From: Chara braunii
Taxonomy: Eukaryota > Plantae > Charophyceae
Assembly: GCA_003427395.1 (NCBI GenBank)
Contig: BFEA01000002.1
Location: 3,514,718 to 3,578,717 of the forward strand
Reading direction: 5' to 3'
DNA length: 64,000 nucleotides
Below, one piece after another: positions 25,745-37,020 of this stretch (within the stretch, counting starts at the first letter, position 1; each line of letters starts with the position of its first letter). A program made the position numbers and the translations under genes. A model generated the notes under the pieces. The model saw nothing but the letters and a program-made list of their open reading frames with translations. It searched no databases and was not told the origin of the DNA.

Positions 25745-26713
25745 CATGGACCTGCGGTTGTTCTTGCCAGAACGATGCTGGTCGGTGCTGGGGTGTTGAC
25801 CCTGTAACTTGTTGACAGCAGGAACTTGAGGCCTGGTAGAGAGATCTGGGAATGCCTAGGGGGGGCATTTCACGGGACAATCAAGGGTTCCTATCGAAGA
25901 CGATGCTGCTCGCCGCCGGGGTGAGTTGCCTTGGCCTGTAACCTATGCGGGGGTGAGAGGCTAGGTAGAGCTTGGTAGGGAATAAAACAGTGTCTGAGGA
26001 CTTTGAGGGTGTTAGGACCCTGTGGCACTTTAGAGTGTTTGAAGACAATCGCTGGGATTTTCACTGGTGGATAGTCTCCCAAATTTACTTCAAATAGCAT
26101 TGATTTTTGTTCAAGAAAAAAAGAGAATGTTTTAGGATTCTGGGGACTTCTAGCAACTCGCTTTAGGCTGTTTGATACTGATACGTTCATGGATCTGCGG
26201 TTGTTCGATGCCAGAACGACGCTGGCTGGTGCTGGGGTGTTGCCCTGTAACCTGCTGATTGCAGGAGCGTGAGGCCTGGTAGAGAGATGTGGGGATGCTT
26301 TGGGGTGGGCATTCCAAGGGACAACCAAGGGTAGCTGTTGGGACGACGCTGGCCGGAGCTGGGGCGAGTCGTGTTGCTCTGTAACCTAGCCAGGTGGGGG
26401 TGTGAGGCCTGGGAGATCTCGACAGGGAATAAGACAGTGTTGGACTGTTTTAGAGAGTTTTGTTTGGGAGGGTAGGGGTTCTGAGCATTCGAAAAGAGGT
26501 GAGTAGTCATTCATAGTTTTTTAACCTCTCCTTTAATTCTCTTGAATTGCTTCAATAGTTCTCAGATTGATTCTCAGCCGAAGCCGGGTAATGGCCCCTG
26601 TATCTCAAATGACTTGTGCAACTCCATATGGGACGCTGGGCCCGGTTCCCAGCACGTGCTGCTCCCCACAAATAGACTGGAGCATTTGTCCAAAAAAAAA
26701 AAACAAAAAAAAA
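25745..26713 (+). mobile_element. 5'-truncated non-coding element: two module-A dimers, module B, module C, poly(A)
   Basis: A units near 25778, 25905, 26222 and 26349; B at 26576; C at 26630-26691; A-tail. Confidence 0.75.
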
Positions 26714-26739
26714 CTACAGGAGCGCCCAAATTCATCCGA

Positions 26740-27660
26740 CTAGAAACGTTTCTACTCGATTTTTTCCTGTGGCCGATAGCTGGGCCAAGTACTGTTGGTT
26801 TAATTTGAGAAGTCTGGGTGATCTGAAGCAGGAAATTGCTAAGGTAAACGGTGGTGGGGGCTTGTGAAGAACAGACAACTTAAGTATTGTAGCAAGAACC
26901 TACAACATTAAAGAAATGTTCTCCTAGCTCCCACACGAATATATTTTGTAGGCTGTACAATGGTTAGTCAGTTGGTTTGCTGAAAAAGGCGTCCGATGGA
27001 TTCGGTTATATTCAAAAAAGAAACTTGCCACTTGTGGTAAATCACATGGTGAAGCCGGTTGTGAATCAATCCGCCTAAGCAAACTGGTTCTTCTAACCAA
27101 CTACCTTTTTTTTTTCCTTTTTTTTTTTAAAAACCAAATACCAACTTGAGAACACTTTCTCTTTGGTCGCTGGAGCGCTACTCCGTCAAAAGAAAGGCAT
27201 CCCAATGGGGGGACGTGCAAGCCCCCCACTGGCTTGTGCCATTGAGAATGGATATATCGCTTCACTTGGTACAGACGAGAAATATATTTCAGGGAAAAGG
27301 TACATTGATGACCTGCTGATCTTTTTTTCAAAAAAAAGACCCTAAAGGACGAATGAATGTCGAAAAAAGGCTGGATCTTGTCACAACATGTCATCTGAAG
27401 GTGTTAATTCTCGAAAGAACAGATGTGAGGACAGGAGTGCTGGATTTTCTTGAAACTCGCATGTTCATATTCAAACCAGATGCAAAGATCCTAGTGACAC
27501 ATAAATTTAAAAATGCCAATTGGAACGGGCTCCAGGGATATACGAGGGAATGGAGAATCCCCAGCTCTCTCTACCATCAACACAATAGAACACTGTAGTA
27601 ATACAACATAAGGATAAGAGATTCAAAATCATAACTCAAGACTCAGGGTTGGCTATCCTC
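26740..27660 (+). pseudogene. Penelope-like element reverse transcriptase remnant
   Basis: YNIKEMFS*LPHE, RQKKGIPMGGRASPPLA, KRYIDDLLIF and LDFLE motifs typical of PLE RTs; many lesions. Confidence 0.8.
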
Positions 27661-28219
27661 CTAGTACATAGCATAGGGTTGAGGCTGGCATAGCAGTTCC
27701 TTAGTACAGGATGTCGGGGGTGTCAGAAGATACTGCACCTTACTGCGGGGCCGGAACGGGCTCCAGGGACACACGAGGGAACGGAGGATTCCCAGCTCTC
27801 TGTCATCACCACACAAATGTGCTAGATGGGAGCCACTGTGCACCCTCATGAAGACCTGTAGTAGCATGTTCATATCTAGCTCCTGAAGTCCCCATGCAAT
27901 CAGGCTTGCACGGCATCTGCTTCAACCAGGGCTGAGCAGGTGGGTAGCTGTCTCAGGTTAGCCCGGGTGCCTGCAACCGCTGTCTGGTCAGGTCACCCCG
28001 CCAAGATGGTGATGGGTGATTGTCCCGGGTGGTTAACACTAGAGTAGGACAGGGGGGGTGGGGGTGTGCCAGGGCAAAAAGATGAGAGGAAGGGTGGGTG
28101 GGGTCTTCAGAGGGGTTCAGCTGGACAACTGAGTGGCTGAGTACTGTGGGTGACTGCCATCGGTGTAGTATCCCACCTCTACAACAGCCTGGGCTTAAAA
28201 AAAAAAAAAAAAAAAAAAG

Positions 28220-28599
28220 CCAATTCCATCTGGTCAGCAAACCCGGTGGTCTTTCGCACCTTCAAGAATCTGAGTTCCTTCGGTCCCAAAACGACAAACT
28301 ACCCTGTCGTAGCTAATATGATCATCCGCATCTCAAAGAATTGTAATGACGATGGCTTGGTGTGTTGGAACGTCATCAGGCTGTTCGAATACCTAGTAAA
28401 AATCGTGTTAGCTGGGCTTGTCGTAGCAATTTTCTAAATAGCTCAAAATTTTCCTAGCCAAAGCCGGGTAGTGGCCCCAGTATCTCAAACTTTCAAATTC
28501 TATGTAAATTTCCATGTGGGATGCTGGGCCTGGTTCCCAGCACGTGCTGCTCCCCACAGATAGATTGGAGCCTTGTCCCCATTAAAAAAAAAAAAAAAA
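28220..28599 (+). mobile_element. 3' fragment of the non-coding family (B + C + poly(A))
   Basis: B at 28456, C at 28518-28579, A-tail. Confidence 0.7.
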
Positions 28600-29313
28600 G
28601 ATGGATGATAAGACCCACCGGAAGGGTGTTTTGGGACCGAATACATGGGTTGCTTAAAAGCATGTTTTGAGCAGAATCAGAGGCTGTTTTGGAAGTATGT
28701 GCTCCAGGACTGCCTCCTCGTATCTTTTGTGATCGAGGACTACTTGGCAGGTACCCGGTTGAATGATATCAGCCCTGGACTACAAGCCCGCATAGCTTCT
28801 GGAGGTAGCACAGATCACTGTGAGGCCGACGGGCTGTGACACGAGGATGTTCTTTCGACAGTATGTTTTTTCGGACCAGGTGCAAGGGACAGGAATGTCC
28901 CAAGCATCTGAATCTATATTCGGGATCTGAAGTACAAGGGGCTGTGCCGTCAGGCCGGTGTCGCTGGACCCGACAGTTGGAACACAGTTTTTGTGAAAGG
29001 CCTGAGGAGCCCAGTGCTGTTTTCTTTCGTTTTATTTCTTTTTTGATGGAACTATCGCGCCCATGGTGCGTCTGTTCCAAGTGGTGCTTGTGAAACTCAG
29101 AATCCCGCTGGTTTTTACCTCGGTGATGAAGAACATAGGAGGTAGAAATGGAAGTTACCTCAATCTGAGTGGCGTAGAGTGGAAGGATTGAGTTCCTGGC
29201 AGTTAACACTGACTCAGAGCAGGAAAGTGTTGTGGAGGAGATAATGTACGCCATGATCGTAAAGCTCGAGTTATCTTCTTCAATTTTGGTTCATTGTGTT
29301 TGATCTCTCTTAC

Positions 29314-29482
29314 ACCACCAGTACATGGGCACCTGGGCCCCGGGTCTGACAATTCAAATTCTGGAGGTGCGAAACGTAAACGGGGCCGTCGATCAAATTG
29401 TCAACGGCGGGCCCAGCGTCCGACCGTGTTTTCTTGTGGCGACAAGTTTCGGACTGCAAGGCTGGGGCCATGTACTTGTGGT
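29314..29482. mobile_element. 169-bp TIR unit (ACCACCAGTAC ends) followed by TTAA
   Basis: ACCACCAGTACATGG...CCATGTACTTGTGGT; interior homologous to 36662-36820. Confidence 0.7.
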
Positions 29483-29486
29483 TTAA

Positions 29487-31495
29487 ACCACCACTCCCTC
29501 CGACAGCAGGAAATAGCCCCCCCTGTGAGTTCGGGCGGTTTTTGAGGGAGGGCGGCGACCGGAAGCCGAAACGGCAGGCCTAGTCCCACAATTTGACATT
29601 GGCAACTTTGGCGATTTTTCACGCTTACAACGATTCACAAAAAAAAATGAAAATTTGAGGGTCCGTAAATTTCGTCATGATCGGGCGCAGCGCTACCGGG
29701 AGCGCTGCGCCCCCGCACCGACCGCGGCGGCGGAGTGATGCGGCGAAGCGGGAGGGTGCCTGACTCAAACTGGTTTCGCTCTGGCGCGTTCATACGGACG
29801 AAGTACTGCATGGCGATGGCGTGACAGAGGCGCTGGTGGGGTGAGGAGGAGTTGCTGGGCTGGGTGTCGAGCTTACAGCAGCTGCTTATTAGGCATTTTG
29901 CGCACGCGCGGGGAGCGAAGGTGCTTGTCAATACCGTATCACAGGTTGTCGTAGTAATTTCAGACACAACTTTTTCATGTTGGGATTGTTTTTCGAACAT
30001 TGAACTTTGCAGACGCTTTTAGCGGGGATAGGACTTCGGAGGTTATGGCTGGAACTTTGGTGGGCAAGGGTTTTTTGAGACTCCAGGGTACAGGTATACG
30101 GTAGTTACCCACAGCAGGTCTGAGATCCGCCTGGACTAAGTTAGGGGACAAGCCAGGGGAAGGACGGTAGGACTGTCAGCCTGGGCTTCACCTGGCCGTG
30201 GGTAAGCTAGGGGAAGGAGAGATCGGGCTGGCCAGTTGTGGGTATAGACTACTAGTTAGCTGTCCCCGAAAAATTAACCCTGGGGTCTGTTATAGGGGAG
30301 CCTTATTCTACAGGGGAGTTGCATGGTGGGAGGCAGTAGCCCTATTCGGAGTAGGGCAGATTGGGGATTGTCTGAGTCTGGGGCTGGGGTTGGAGAGTTG
30401 GTCGCCTTCAACCCCAGCGGGGGCAGACAGGGACAGGGGGCGGGCAAAGGCAGCCTCTAGGAGGGGATTGGTTGCCGTTGCGGATGGGGTGGAGGGAGGG
30501 GAGGGGATCTGTTCTATGTTGGGGCCAAGGGATCTTCCTCGGTGGAGGCAGCATGAGACAGGGTATTGTGGGTATGGATTGGTTTGAGCTGTGACCACTG
30601 GAAGCGTATCCTTTTCACGGCGTCGTCAAAAAACGATCTGGTAATTTCGCTCAATTCTTTGATTGGACTTTAATTATCTTCTCTCTCTTCGAACTATGTG
30701 GTGGAGGAGGTCGGCTCGTCGAAGGGAGATGGAAAATTGAAGTCCATCCTTAACCATATGAGTTTTGGGAGGTTGATTATCTGANNNNNNNNNNNNNNNN
30801 NNNNNNNNNNNNNNNNNNNNNNNNNNNNNNNNNNNNNNNNNNNNNNNNNNNNNNNNNNNNNNNNNNNNNNNNNNNNNNNNNNNNNNNNNNNNNNNNNNNN
30901 NNNNNNNNNNNNNNNNNNNNNNNNNNNNNNNNNNNNNNNNNNNNNNNNNNNNNNNNNNNNNNNNNNNNNNNNNNNNNNNNNNNNNNNNNNNNNNNNNNNN
31001 NNNNNNNNNNNNNNNNNNNNNNNNNNNNNNNNNNNNNNNNNNNNNNNNNNNNNNNNNNNNNNNNNNNNNNNNNNNNNNNNNNNNNNNNNNNNNNNNNNNN
31101 NNNNNNNNNNNNNNNNNNNNNNNNNNNNNNNNNNNNNNNNNNNNNNNNNNNNNNNNNNNNNNNNNNNNNGAAGTCCACCCTTAATCCATTATGGGATTTG
31201 GTGAGGCTGATTGTCTACTGTTTCTTGTTTTCCGAACTATGTGGTGGAGGAGGTCGGCTCGTCGGGAGATGAGGAAGAGTAGGGGGTTGTTAGGAATAGT
31301 AGGCAGGAAATTAATTGTTCCTAGATTTGTTTTGATTTTCTTAGCCGAATGCCAGGTAATGACCCTGGTATCTCAAATCATTTATCGAAGTATCTGTATA
31401 ATTCTATATGGGACGTTGGGCCCGTTTCCCAGCACGTGCTGCTCCCCACGAATAGATTGGAGTTCTTTGTCCCAAAAAATAAAATAAAAAAATCG
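29487..31495 (+). mobile_element. Putative long non-coding element E2
   Basis: Perfect 12-bp hairpin at 29683-29712, B at 31343, C at 31410-31473, A-rich tail; gap flanked by tandem units (30690-30784 and 31170-31270). Confidence 0.55.
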
Positions 31496-31683
31496 TCATG
31501 ATCGTTCCAGGGAAAAAATCAGAAAAAAAAAACAAAAAACATTTTGACGTCAAATCAATCGCCGTGCCGATTCGGTGCATGTTCCTGTTTTGCCACTGTG
31601 CCATTTGTGGTGAGTCAAGCCAAAGCAGACATGCAGTAGACAATCATAAACATTAGCCTCGAAAATGTCGAAAAAGACAGAGA

Positions 31684-31691
<8 letters not shown>

Positions 31692-31737
<46 letters not shown>
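31692..31737. repeat. (GA)n microsatellite at a gap edge
   Basis: Direct reading. Confidence 0.98.
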
Positions 31738-31949
31738 NNNNNNNNNNNNNNNNNNNNNNNNNNNNNNNNNNNNNNNNNNNNNNNNNNNNNNNNNNNNNNN
31801 NNNNNNNNNNNNNNNNNNNNNNNNNNNNNNNNNNNNNNNNNNNNNNNNNNNNNNNNNNNNNNNNNNNNNNNNNNNNNNNNNNNNNNNNNNNNNNNNNNNN
31901 NNTAGAGACAAAACAAGACCATCTCCCGATATTAAAGATAAAACATGAA

Positions 31950-34900
31950 TCACAAGATGGCGTATGACCCTACCGGTTTCACCTGGCCGCCAAAACCAGG
32001 ATCATCAGGGCCAACGGGAAAGTACTCAAACTTCAGCGATTTTTTGCGCTCCGAAGAATGCGTAAAAAACGTGAAAATAGGAGGGAAAAATATTTTTAAA
32101 AATAAAATAAAAACTCCAGTGTTAAGAGGGAAAAATAGCAGAGGCGATCCACAGAGCCGCCGGGCGCAGCGCTGCTGGGAGAGCTGCGCCCAGTTCGACA
32201 ACGCTTTCACACACACGTCACGGTTTCATGGCGCGTTCTCGCGTTTGAGGTTGGCAACTAGACGGAGCGGTGTCGAGAGCGAGGTATGGTGTTGGCGCAA
32301 GGTTGGTGGGAGGTATGGGGATGGTGGGCGAGGCGTGCGGGGCGTGGCATGGATTCACGTGAAGAAAGCGCTGCCCATCACGCGTCCTCTGTGGCAGCTG
32401 CGCTGAGGACGCCTTCACACGGTGGTTTCACGACACGGCTTCGACTTTGGGGATGGCAACAGCGTGGCGCGGTCTCATAGCGTTCCTGTTCGGGGGCGCA
32501 ACACCATCATGCAGCACACGGCGCGGGACGAGTAGCTGATTTTGTCCACACAGTGTGACGACAGGATGAGTGACGAATTGCGCTCGCATGGCGCGTATTA
32601 GATTACTGCACATAGCAAACAAGGACGTGCGTGAAGCTATTGACACCAGTGAGGATACGGCGTGGGCGATATTTTCCCTTCTTCCTCAACTATGGGTAAG
32701 TATGGTAAGTGTATGGTAACCAGACGGTTATGGTGGTTTTGAACCCCCTGTGGCTACTCGTCAACGGGCTTGGCGATGGGATGCCGCACTGTTTTCGTCC
32801 TTTTGTAGGAATCGAAGATGGCCGATTAGGCCTTTGTTGTTAGTGTCTTGCCTGGTTTAGCCTGTGGTGCTTGGAAGCTAACAGTGGGAGGAAGGGAATT
32901 CTTCCTTCCCCAAAAGTGCAGGGGTAGGGTTCGAAGAGCAGGAGGTAAGTGGAGGCAAGTGGTTGAGGAAGAAGGGATACCTATTAGTTTTGAATTTTAA
33001 ACCTACGTCTGCTTATTCGCGTCACGCGATCCGTGCATGATCATCGGGGGTGACTGTGGTTATATTGTCGTCGGACGATCAACATCTTGAGTGATTTCCC
33101 ATCAATTTTCACTGAGATTTTTAATGCACGAGTCTTGATCTATCCCTGGTGATTTTTTACTCATTCTACTCCTTTTTTACTCATTCCTACTCATCTTTAT
33201 CCCTGAGTTTGTCTTCTACTATATAGCTGCTATCTGCGATAACGATTCTAATAACGTTTCTAATAACGATCATAATTACGTTCAGAACTATTTCCTTGTT
33301 CCTTGATATTCGTTAATCAAATTTTCGATATTGTAGAAAATTTCTTAATCTCGATTTCGAATTCCAACTAAAGTCGATCTCAATCTTAATTTCAACACAT
33401 ACTCACTTGAAGGTAATTCCTATGAAATTTCCTACAAGAATTTCTGATCTTATAATCGTAGGTCGACAGGTTTCCAAACCATTCCTGAATTTTATATCTC
33501 AAATTTAGTGATAACTGCTTTCTTGTTGTAAATTTAGGGGATTAAGCTTGCATTGATTAGTCTCACGAAAATTGACGTTGGAATTTTTCACGTTAATTTT
33601 TTTGAAACATGTCGTATTTTCAACATAATTTCGTTTGTTTTCCTTAAGGAGGGGGCTGGTTGCGGGGGTTATGTTGGTATGATGGGGGGAAAGAACGCGC
33701 TCTGTGGGAAGGGGCTAACTGCAGAGTGGTATAGCAGCAGGGGAGATGGTGGCTCCACTGCAGTAAGACTTACCGGAGTAAGGTGGGATAGGCTTGGGAG
33801 GTAGGTGCTATCAGCTCCTTTCTTCAAATGATTTACCGACTGAGATTTATTTCATATAGCCCGTACTAAAAACTTTATGTCGAAGGAACCTAAGAGGGCT
33901 TAGGATCCGGGAACTTCTAACAACTTCTTTGATGAATTTCGGAAAGGTTTCGGAAAGGTTAGTTAGGAATTCTGAGGGTTTCAAGCTTTTTTAGGATCCC
34001 GGTGGCTTATTTCTCATACCTCCCCTGCTTTATGCTATATCAAGCCTTTTGGTGTTCTGGATTTGAGGTAGCATCTAGCCTTCATACAGATCAGGGATAG
34101 AAGAGTTCAGAGAGGGTCGAGTCCGGACTGATATCCACAGAGTTGCTTTGTTCTATGCCCCTGGTTCTGCCGATGCCAGAACGACGCTGGCCGGAGCTGG
34201 GGCGTTGCTCTGTGTTCTGCAATTTGCAGGAGCGTCAGGTCTTGTAGAGAGATCTGGGTTTTGTCGAGGGAGGAAGGCAATCCAGTGGCAAACCGGGGGG
34301 GGCTGCTGGGTGGCGAGAAGAGATCAGTTATGGGTGATGTTGGTTTGGTCGGGATTGTCTCTGAGCTATTCTATGTCCTGGTTCAAGGAAGGCTAGGAGT
34401 TACGCTAGGTTCAGGAGGCTAGAATAGCTGATGTAGCATAGCCTTTTCATCAGCATAAACATCATTAGCATCATCAGCAGGATCATATATCATCATCATG
34501 ATCATTTTCATTTCATATGAGACCGAGCCCGGTTCTCAAAAAAACCGGGGGGGTAGACTGTTTTGTCCTAAAAGACGTCTTCTGGATTCTGGGGATCCTG
34601 GCAACTTTGTTTAGGTAGCTTCGAGGCTGCTATACTCGGTGACCTGCGGCTGTTCGATGCCAGAACGACGCTGGCCGGTGCTGGGGTGTTGCCCTGTAAC
34701 CTGCTGATGCAGGAGCATGAGGCCTGGTAGAGAGATCTGGGGGTGCTTTGGGGGGGTACTCCACGGGACAACCAAGGGTTGCTGCTGGGACGACGCTGGC
34801 CGGAGCTGGGGTGAGTTGCGTTGCCCTGTAACCCAACAGGATGAGGGGGTGTGAGGCCTGGAAGAGCTCGGCAGGGAGTAAGACAGAGTTGGAGAACCTT

Positions 34901-35499
34901 GGAAGGTTTTGTTAGGGATTTCACGGTTTTTGGGGCATTTGTAGGACTTCTGCTGTCTATTTCCATACCTCCCGTTTTACTGTAAGTTTTTCAGCCAAAG
35001 CCGGGTAACGGGCAAGAAAGGGATTGAGGTGAGCGAGAGAAAGATATCGCGCGTCCTACTAGTGAAGGGGCTAGCTGGTAGGACAGAAATAGGGCAGAGC
35101 AGCAGTGCAGATGGTGGCTTTGCTGCAGTAAGTCTTGCCGGAGCGAGGTAAAGAGGACTGATGGTGGGCCCTTGACTCGTTTTCTGAATTTTGTGTAAAC
35201 TCTGAAGTTTCTCGCAAAAAAGGTTTGAAGTAGCTCCAAATTCTCTGAGCCACGCCGGGTATTGGCCCCGGTATCTTAATTTTGGAGATTCCATTCTTAG
35301 GCCAATTGGAATTTTTAGTAGGTTCCTAGTCTCATTTCATGGAATTTTCTGATGACTCTTCTGGATGTGCTCGTTATGGGACGCTGGGCCCGGTTCCCAG
35401 TTTGTGCCAATTTGTGAGGATATGGTTGTATCTATGGGACGCTGGACCCGGTTTCCAGCAGGTGCTGCTCCCCACCAATAGATGGAGCTTAAAAAAAAA
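31950..35499 (+). mobile_element. Putative long non-coding element E3 (most complete copy)
   Basis: Hairpin at 32162-32191, T-rich body, module F twice, A units at 34187/34671/34796, B at 34993/35248, C at 35378/35436, poly(A); no credible ORF; 5' end approximate. Confidence 0.6.
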
Positions 35500-36154
35500 N
35501 NNNNNNNNNNNNNNNNNNNNNNNNNNNNNNNNNNNNNNNNNNNNNNNNNNNNNNNNNNNNNNNNNNNNNNNNNNNNNNNNNNNNNNNNNNNNNNNNNNNN
35601 NNNNNNNNNNNNNNNNNNNNNNNNNNNNNNNNNNNNNNNNNNNNNNNNNNNNNNNNNNNNNNNNNNNNNNNNNNNNNNNNNNNNNNNNNNNNNNNNNNNN
35701 NNNNNNNNNNNNNNNNNNNNNNNNNNNNNNNNNNNNNNNNNNNNNNNNNNNNNNNNNNNNNNNNNNNNNNNNNNNNNNNNNNNNNNNNNNNNNNNNNNNN
35801 NNNNNNNNNNNNNNNNNNNNNNNNNNNNNNNNNNNNNNNNNNNNNNNNNNNNNNNNNNNNNNNNNNNNNNNNNNNNNNNNNNNNNNNNNNNNNNNNNNNN
35901 NNNNNNNNNNNNNNNNNNNNNNNNNNNNNNNNNNNNNNNNNNNNNNNNNNNNNNNNNNNNNNNNNNNNNNNNNNNNNNNNNNNNNNNNNNNNNNNNNNNN
36001 NNNNNNNNNNNNNNNNNNNNNNNNNNNNNNNNNNNNNNNNNNNNNNNNNNNNNNNNNNNNNNNNNNNNNNNNNNNNNNNNNNNNNNNNNNNNNNNNNNNN
36101 NNNNNNNNNNNNNNNNNNNNNNNNNNNNNNNNNNNNNNNNNNNNNNNNNNNNNN

Positions 36155-36243
<89 letters not shown>
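36155..36243. repeat. (AG)n microsatellite
   Basis: Direct reading. Confidence 0.98.
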
Positions 36244-36246
<3 letters not shown>

Positions 36247-36417
36247 GAACTGACAGCAAGAGCAACAGAGTGAAAGAGAGAGTGAGAAAGGGGGAGTGGT
36301 GTATACAGATACACCATCATGTCACATCGGGGTCCAACCCACATACTACAAGACGTAATCAGTGCCTGCACTGTCAACATACAACAACACAAACATCACA
36401 AACTCTCCACGTGTACA

Positions 36418-36630
36418 GGGACGCCGGACCCGATTTCTGGCAGGTCACACTCCCCACCAACAGATGGAGCCAACACCTGGACCTACTTAAGCAGCTTAAG
36501 GTCCCCCGGGGCATGAAGCTTGTTTAAAACAAAAAAAAAAAAGTCCAGCAGGTGCTGCTTTCCGCCAACAGAGTTGGAGTCATCCCTACTGCAACCCTTA
36601 ATCCAGGTGGCTCTCTCACAGCTCCTGGAT
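36418..36630 (+). mobile_element. Two stacked 3'-terminal retroelement fragments (module C)
   Basis: C at 36418-36470, hairpin, poly(A) near 36531, then a truncated C at 36545-36580. Confidence 0.7.
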
Positions 36631-36661
36631 AGAGGAGATCAGTGTGATGTTTTGTTATTAA

Positions 36662-37020
36662 ACCACCAGTACCTCTCCCATATGTCGGCCGGGGGCAGTG
36701 TCAGAGGCCCGAAACGAAACACGGGCCGCCAATTCGATTTATCAATGGCGGGCCTTTGCCGCTTGGCTACCGTGTTACCCGGCGCGTCTTAGATTTCAAG
36801 CAGGGAAGGGTACTGGTGGTTTAAACCACCAGTACGTTTCTCAGCTATGTTTCCGGAGTTTGGGCTTGCTTGCTGCCGCAACTTTCGGGGCTCGGCTGCC
36901 TTGCAAAACGGCTGGCAGCCTGGCAGCGCCAGCGAAAAGAAGGCCCGCACCGGTTCGTTTTTCTTTGGCGCCTAGCCCATTTCCAGCACCGGGCAAAAGT
37001 GGCTCAGAAGTACTGGTGGT
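36662..37020. mobile_element. Two head-to-tail TTAA-flanked TIR units (159 and 196 bp)
   Basis: TTAA-ACCACCAGTAC...GTACTGGTGGT-TTAA-ACCACCAGTAC...GTACTGGTGGT-CTTAA. Confidence 0.75.

Noticed and set aside
13915-34860. Module A, C or D as hammerhead, HDV-like, twister or pistol ribozymes
   Set aside because: Required cores and helix order (for example CUGANGA plus GAAA around one stem) could not be matched on either strand by eye.
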